Assembly: GCF_009914755.1 (NCBI RefSeq)
Contig: NC_060931.1
Direction: 5' to 3' (one strand)
From: the human T2T-CHM13v2.0 reference genome, Homo sapiens
Length of the DNA stretch: 64,000 nt
The notes under the pieces are model-generated. The model was not told the origin of the DNA. It saw only the letters and a list, made by a program, of their open reading frames with translations, and ran no database searches. The translations under genes were made by a program, and so were the position numbers. Of this stretch, positions 58,270 through 64,000 are shown piece after piece. Positions within the stretch are counted from its first letter, which is position 1. Each line of letters opens with the position of its first letter.

Positions 58270-59318
58270 TGAGTTGTGATCTAGAAAGGGAGGATGGAGT
58301 GGAAGAAGAGAAAGATAGGGGGAAGGCTGAAGAATTAAAGATCATGCCAGGGAGGCAGCGAACAGGAAAGCCAAGACCACAGAAAACAGGTGCTCAAGGC
58401 GAAAGGCAAAGGCAGGAGAGAGGGCGGGGCGGGGCAAGGAGCCTTGGTGCGGGACTCCACTCTCCTCGCTCACAGGGCGGCGGTCCCATCTCACGGCATC
58501 TTAGGCTTCCAGGAAGGATTTTCGAGAGGCACTTTTATATATTTATAGATGAAATGATATGTCTTGGATTTGCTTCAAAATAATCCAAGGGGCAGGGGAG
58601 GTGGGTGTGTGCAGGGATGGAGCCCGATTGCCCTTGAGTTTGTAGTCTGGGGTTGAGCAGAGGACACACAGGGCTTCAGTACGCTCTTTTCTCCTTGATA
58701 AGTGCTGGAGATTTGCCTAATACAAGTTTAAGAAGTTTAAACATTTACAACTATACACAAATCAGGAAGTTCACAGGCTGATGTCAGCCCCATGGGTCAG
58801 ATGTGGTGCTGAACCTGAGGTGCCCTTGGCCTTTAAGAAAACCGGAGATTAGAGGAGGCCGAGTGTGAAAGTGTTGATTATGACATGTCAGGCAAATGTT
58901 TGCCAAGTGAATGGATAGAGACCTCCATCGGGTGAAAATGCTTTGTGTTCAAGCCCCCTTTGTGACCCTGGGCACCTGTTAGAGAAGCAGGGGCTGGGCA
59001 GGGGTCCGTATGTGGACTCCCAACAGAGCAAGCCCACCTTGTCCAGGCAGGGCTTGGATCCACAAGTCCTGGCCTCACCACTCCAGGCTCAAAGGGCAGC
59101 CAGCCAGCTACATACTTGTTCCCATGCTTGACACGCACAGAACCCCGCCCAGCCTTGCACTTAACAGGTGCATAATAATCCCTTAGGAAGGAGGGTATGG
59201 GACACTGTTGCCCCATTCTGTAGAGGTGGAAACTGAGGCTTAGACATAATCAACCTAAGAATGGGACTTCATATAAACTCATTCTGCAAAGAACGGGGAC
59301 CAGTGAAATTAGCAGTCA

Positions 59319-59912
<594 letters not shown>

Positions 59913-60680
59913 TCATTGACGAGAGTTACCCAAGAGACTGTAATTACATGGTTAAAGAATTTGGAAACACCTAGAACTCCACTCAAGGTGACTGGGGTCA
60001 TTTGCAGGGAGGCAAGAATAATATTTGACTTGAATTTCATATGCAGGAACTTTCTGGAGAAACGCCAGGTGAAGAGAATGGCAGAAGGGTGGTGTCCCAA
60101 GGAAAGGGCAGAAAACAGGTGGCTCCAGATGCCTTTTAAGAGAAGGGCTGCCCCGGCCCCAGACTCACCGGCTGGTACAGTGACCACTCAGCAGCTCTGG
60201 ACTGGCTCCCGTGTGGCCCTGCCAACAGGATGGGGAGGGCCTGGCATGTGTGAGTAGCCATGCCCACCCACGTATTTGCCTACTATGCCTGCCAACTGGG
60301 ATGAAAAAGCTTTGGATCTGGCTAAGTTTCTGTGAACCAGGTAATAAATCTGTTCTTGGTGTGCTGAAAATAGTGGGGTTTTTCAGCCTATAAAGTTGAT
60401 GAGCCACCCTGAGCCTTGGGGACCCACCAGGAAAGCATCTCCTCATGAGAAAGGAGCTGGCCTTGACCTTGCTGGGGACCTGCCTCAAATTCACTATCCC
60501 TGCATGGGTAGGTGCTTGTCATTCTTTCTGCCCACGCAGCGTCTTTTTACACCTCCTCTATGCCTGACCTTGGGAGTGGGGGGAAGGGGCTCTGATGTGA
60601 GGGTCGTCCTGGGCCAGACTCAGCTTCTGCTACATGGAAGCAGATGCCAGGCAGGAGGTCCTGCCTTCCAGAGCAGACAC

Positions 60681-61041
60681 TATCTTAGTCATCTTGGGCT
60701 GGCAGAACAGAGCACATAGATGGGGTGGCTTATGTAACAGAAGTTGATTTTCTTATGGTTCTGGGGGCTGGAAAGCCCAAGGTCACGGTGCCAGCCCTGT
60801 TGGTTTCTGGTGAGGACCCTCTTCCTGGCTTGCAGACAGCCGCCTTCCCATGGTGGTGGGTGGAGGGGGGGGGTAGAGCTCTTCCTCTTCTTGTAAGGCC
60901 ACAGTCCTATCAGCTTACAGCCCCACCCTTATGACTTTATTTACCCTTAATTACCTCCTCAAAGCCCTATCTCCAAATAAGCCACATCGAGGGTCAGGGC
61001 TTCAACGTATGAATTCGGGGGACACGATCTGGTCCATAGCA
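60681..61041 (-). mobile_element. MLT1A-type MaLR solo LTR
   Basis: tcttagtc...ggttctgggggctggaaag...tctggtgaggaccctcttcctggcttgcagac...ggtccatagca. Confidence 0.8.
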
Positions 61042-61162
61042 CGGCACGAGTCCTCCAGCTGCATGCAGGTCATGGTGGCTGTGCCCAGTGCCACGTGGGC
61101 CTCCGTGTCCCCGCTCTGTAAGTCATGGTGGGCTCCTCTCGGAAACCCACCAAAGTCCCCAG

Positions 61163-61292
61163 TAAAAGTGCTGAGTAGCTCATGAAGTCCCCAGGATGCA
61201 AAAAAAAAAAAAAAAAACCCAAAAACAAAACAAACAAAAAAACCCAGGTTTTTTTGCATCCTGGGGACTCTGTGAGCTATTCACTGCTTTTA
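61163..61292. repeat. Inverted repeat with 44-bp arms and an A-rich spacer
   Basis: 61163-61206 versus the reverse complement of 61249-61292: 37/44 identical, inner 21 bp perfect. Confidence 0.92.
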
Positions 61293-62619
61293 ATACATTT
61301 TTGGGATCCACTACAACCAGCCAGAATGAATCTCTGGGCCCGTAGCTGACTGGAGGGACCCCTTCCATGGAGTCCAAAGATGACGGCTCAATGGGATTCT
61401 CTCATTCTTGTCCACCAAACCAGAAGGCAGGTCTGCCCACCTCCCCTGGCCCTTCTGTTCAAGAACTGGCTTCATCTCTCTTCAGCATCGGCCTCTGAGA
61501 CCTAAAGGGCTGCCTGTTTCCCTGTGTTCCTGAGGGTGCCAGCCTGCATCTTGCCAAGTAGTTTCTTAGACTCAGATGATTCCTGTTCTCTCTGTGCTCA
61601 GACTTTCCAACCCACCCACAAACATTCATTAAGCCCCTGATAAGTACAAGGCCCCGAACTCAGGGAAATGGAGGGGACTGAAGGAGACGTGTGCCACCCT
61701 GTTCCCCGAGCGTTGCTCCGGGAGACGAGATGTATCTTGCAACCAGCTCAGCGGTGGAAGCAGTGGAAGTGCAGACAGAAAGCCCCATGGCAGAAGGGAG
61801 AGAGGTCCTGCCCCACTCCCGGTCTCTGCAACATGCTTCCCGGCCCCGGCACGCTCAGCCCTGGTCCAACTTATCATACAAGTTCTTGGGCAAGTGGGAC
61901 TTTATGAAGGAGGTAGTCACAGAGACCCACCGCTCAGGCCTCCTGCTGGGGGAGCTGGGCTATAACTTCCGCTTCCCCCTTCACACAGAGACCATGCTCC
62001 CAACCCACCCCAAACCCGCCAGCACCCTCAGCCCCTGCCCTGGGCTGCTCCCAGCCAATGCCTAAGCGCCGGGTGCTGGGTCACCCTGAGACTCTCGCTG
62101 TCCAATCTTCCCTGCCACCGTGGCCGCAGGGGTCAGAAAGAAGATGCCCCCTGTCTTCTGCCTCCTACCCTCATCCTTCCCGGGCAGTTCCCCCAGTGAG
62201 TCTGGTGTGTGTTGAGTCCTGTCCTGGCACCTGCCTCTCAAGGGACCTGCATTCCTGCCTGGGTCCCGCCCACAGCACCACTGTCTTGCGATGGGCACTG
62301 TCACTCCCACCTGGCTTCCCAGAGCCTATGTGGGCCTGGCACCCTGATCTGTTCTCAACAAGAAACTGGAGCCTGCCCCTCCCCGAGTTTGCCAGGCAGC
62401 CTGTAAGTTGGGGCTCCAAGTAACGCCTTCCCTGGCCCCTGTGCCTACTGAGGTAGTTCTGTTATTTCACTGAGGCCGCCACATTCAATCTGCACCTTCC
62501 CATGGAACTCTCCCAATTGGCTGTGCTTGCTCTGCCCAGGTCCAGACCAGGGGCAGCTCTGGCCCAGTCCTGGGCTCCTCCAGGTCTGTGAGCACCCCCA
62601 GGGGATGTGCTTAGGTCAG

Positions 62620-62930
62620 GGTGAGGCCTGGCCACTAGCACTGGCCCAGGGGCGAGCCCTTCCAAGATGGTCCAATCAGAATCAGGGAAGGGCCCTCATT
62701 CCACAGTAGGGGGAAATGCCCTTTCTTCTTTCTCTCCCTCCAGATCATAAACCTACAAACTCCTCCAGTGGCTGCAGACAGCCGTTTGTGACCACAAGGA
62801 AAGGTAGTGGAAGCCCAGATGGACACAGAGAGAAAGAACACAGACTTGCTGGTCTGGGACAAGCATTGTTGTTCAAGCCAGTTCGCGTTTGAGTTTCTGT
62901 TACTTCCAGCCCCAAAAGCACCCTAGATAG
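62620..62930 (+). mobile_element. Old MLT1 (J/K/L-like) LTR fragment
   Basis: ggtccaatcagaatc...gttcaagccagtt...tttgagtttctgttacttccagcccaaaagc. Confidence 0.5.
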
Positions 62931-63194
62931 GAGAGTCTACCTAATACAGCAAGACCATGGCCCTTTCCAGAAAGGGTGGAGGCTGCTAGCTCAGGAGGTC
63001 GGTCTATAGGCAATTAAATCTCTGTGGGTGTAACACAGACTGTGTTCTTACTGCTATTTGTGGAACACAATTTTCTTAAAATAGATAGAACAGACCTTGA
63101 CACCCTGAAGTCAAGCACTGACAGCCTCTGTTTTGAAAACAAAGCACCGTCAAGCTCTAGAAAATGCATGCAGGGCTCCAGAGCCCGTCCAGAT

Positions 63195-63705
63195 GAGCAG
63201 AAATGGCAGAGGGGGACAGAGGGGGATGAAGGAGGAGAGAATGGAGGGGATGGAGGGGGATGGAGGGGATGGATGGGGACAGAGGGGGATAAAGGAGGAC
63301 AGAGAGAATGGAGGGGATGGAGGGGGATGAAGGGGGCAGAGGGATGGAAAGGGATGGAGGGGGACAGGGGATTGAGGGGAGAGAGGGCAATGGAGGGTTT
63401 GGAGGGGATAGAGGGGACAGAAGGGCATGGAGGAGAATGGAACGGGAGGGAGAGGGTCAGAGGGGATGGTTGGGGACAGAGGGTAGTGGTGGGGGGAATG
63501 GAGGGGGATGGAGAGGGATGGAGCGGGGTAATAAGGGCAGAAGGAACAGAAGGAGATGGAGCAGGCAGAGGGGATGGAGGGAATGGAGGAGAATGAAGAA
63601 CAGAGGGGGGTGAAAAAGGACAGACCAGGGTGGAGGGGCATGAAGGGGGCAGAGGGGATGGAGGGGACACAGAGGGCAGAGGGGGACAGAAGGATAGAGG
63701 ATGTC
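63195..63705. repeat. About 500-bp purine-rich (GGAGGGGAT/GGGACAGA) low-complexity tract
   Basis: Strongly G/A-biased plus strand; explains the Gly/Glu and Pro/Ser ORFs. Confidence 0.92.
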
Positions 63706-63957
63706 AGAGGGCTGGATGGGGCAGCCTGGCCACCTACCCAGGCATGGGAGCCAGAACCCTGCAGCCGCCCAGCACTCAGGCTTTTCTGGGGTCCCATCCC
63801 TGCAGCCACCCATCCTGCATCCTGAAGCGGGGGTCCTGTCCCCTCTCTGCATCTCGAAAATGCCCCTTCCTGCTTCCTCTGCCATCTCCTCGGTCACTCT
63901 GGAGCTGCCTTCTGCCTACAACTGGAGCTCTAATGCCAACAGGAAAGGGCTGAAGAC

Positions 63958-64000
63958 AGGGCCAGGGCCAGGGCCGGGGCCAGGGCCGGGGCCGAGGCCA
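63958..64000. repeat. (RGGGCC)n hexanucleotide repeat, truncated by the window end
   Basis: agggcc agggcc agggcc ggggcc agggcc ggggcc gaggcc. Confidence 0.85.

Noticed and set aside
63014-63953. Gly/Glu- and Pro/Ser-rich ORFs of about 200 aa
   Set aside because: Artefact of the purine-rich tract.

Overview
Human (or near-identical primate) genomic DNA lying inside PRKAG2 (AMPK gamma-2 subunit, 7q36.1), which is transcribed on the minus strand. The only coding sequence I can support is one 218-bp internal exon at 18012-18229 (-), with canonical AG/GT borders. It encodes (T)[72 protein letters not shown], which I recognise as exon 4 of the long isoform (about residues 156-228). Everything above 18229 is the 3' part of intron 3 and everything below 18012 is the 5' part of intron 4. 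The introns contain about 25 Alus, MaLR/ERV solo LTRs, L1/L2/MIR fragments, DNA transposon relics and several tandem or low-complexity repeats. The other ORFs in the track look like repeat-derived or GC-rich noise. I found no new gene or multi-gene system. The most interesting unexplained structures are: (i) a UG-rich intron-4 array with 14 UGCAUG (RBFOX) motifs and consensus 5' splice sites, resembling a cryptic-exon or splicing-factor module; (ii) a 38-bp minisatellite whose terminal unit supplies the predicted exon-4 branch point; (iii) a roughly 130-bp palindrome at 61163-61292 that matches no repeat I recognise; (iv) two old local duplications; (v) several transcription-factor motif clusters in intron 3. 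Repeat subfamily names and boundaries were judged by eye and are approximate.
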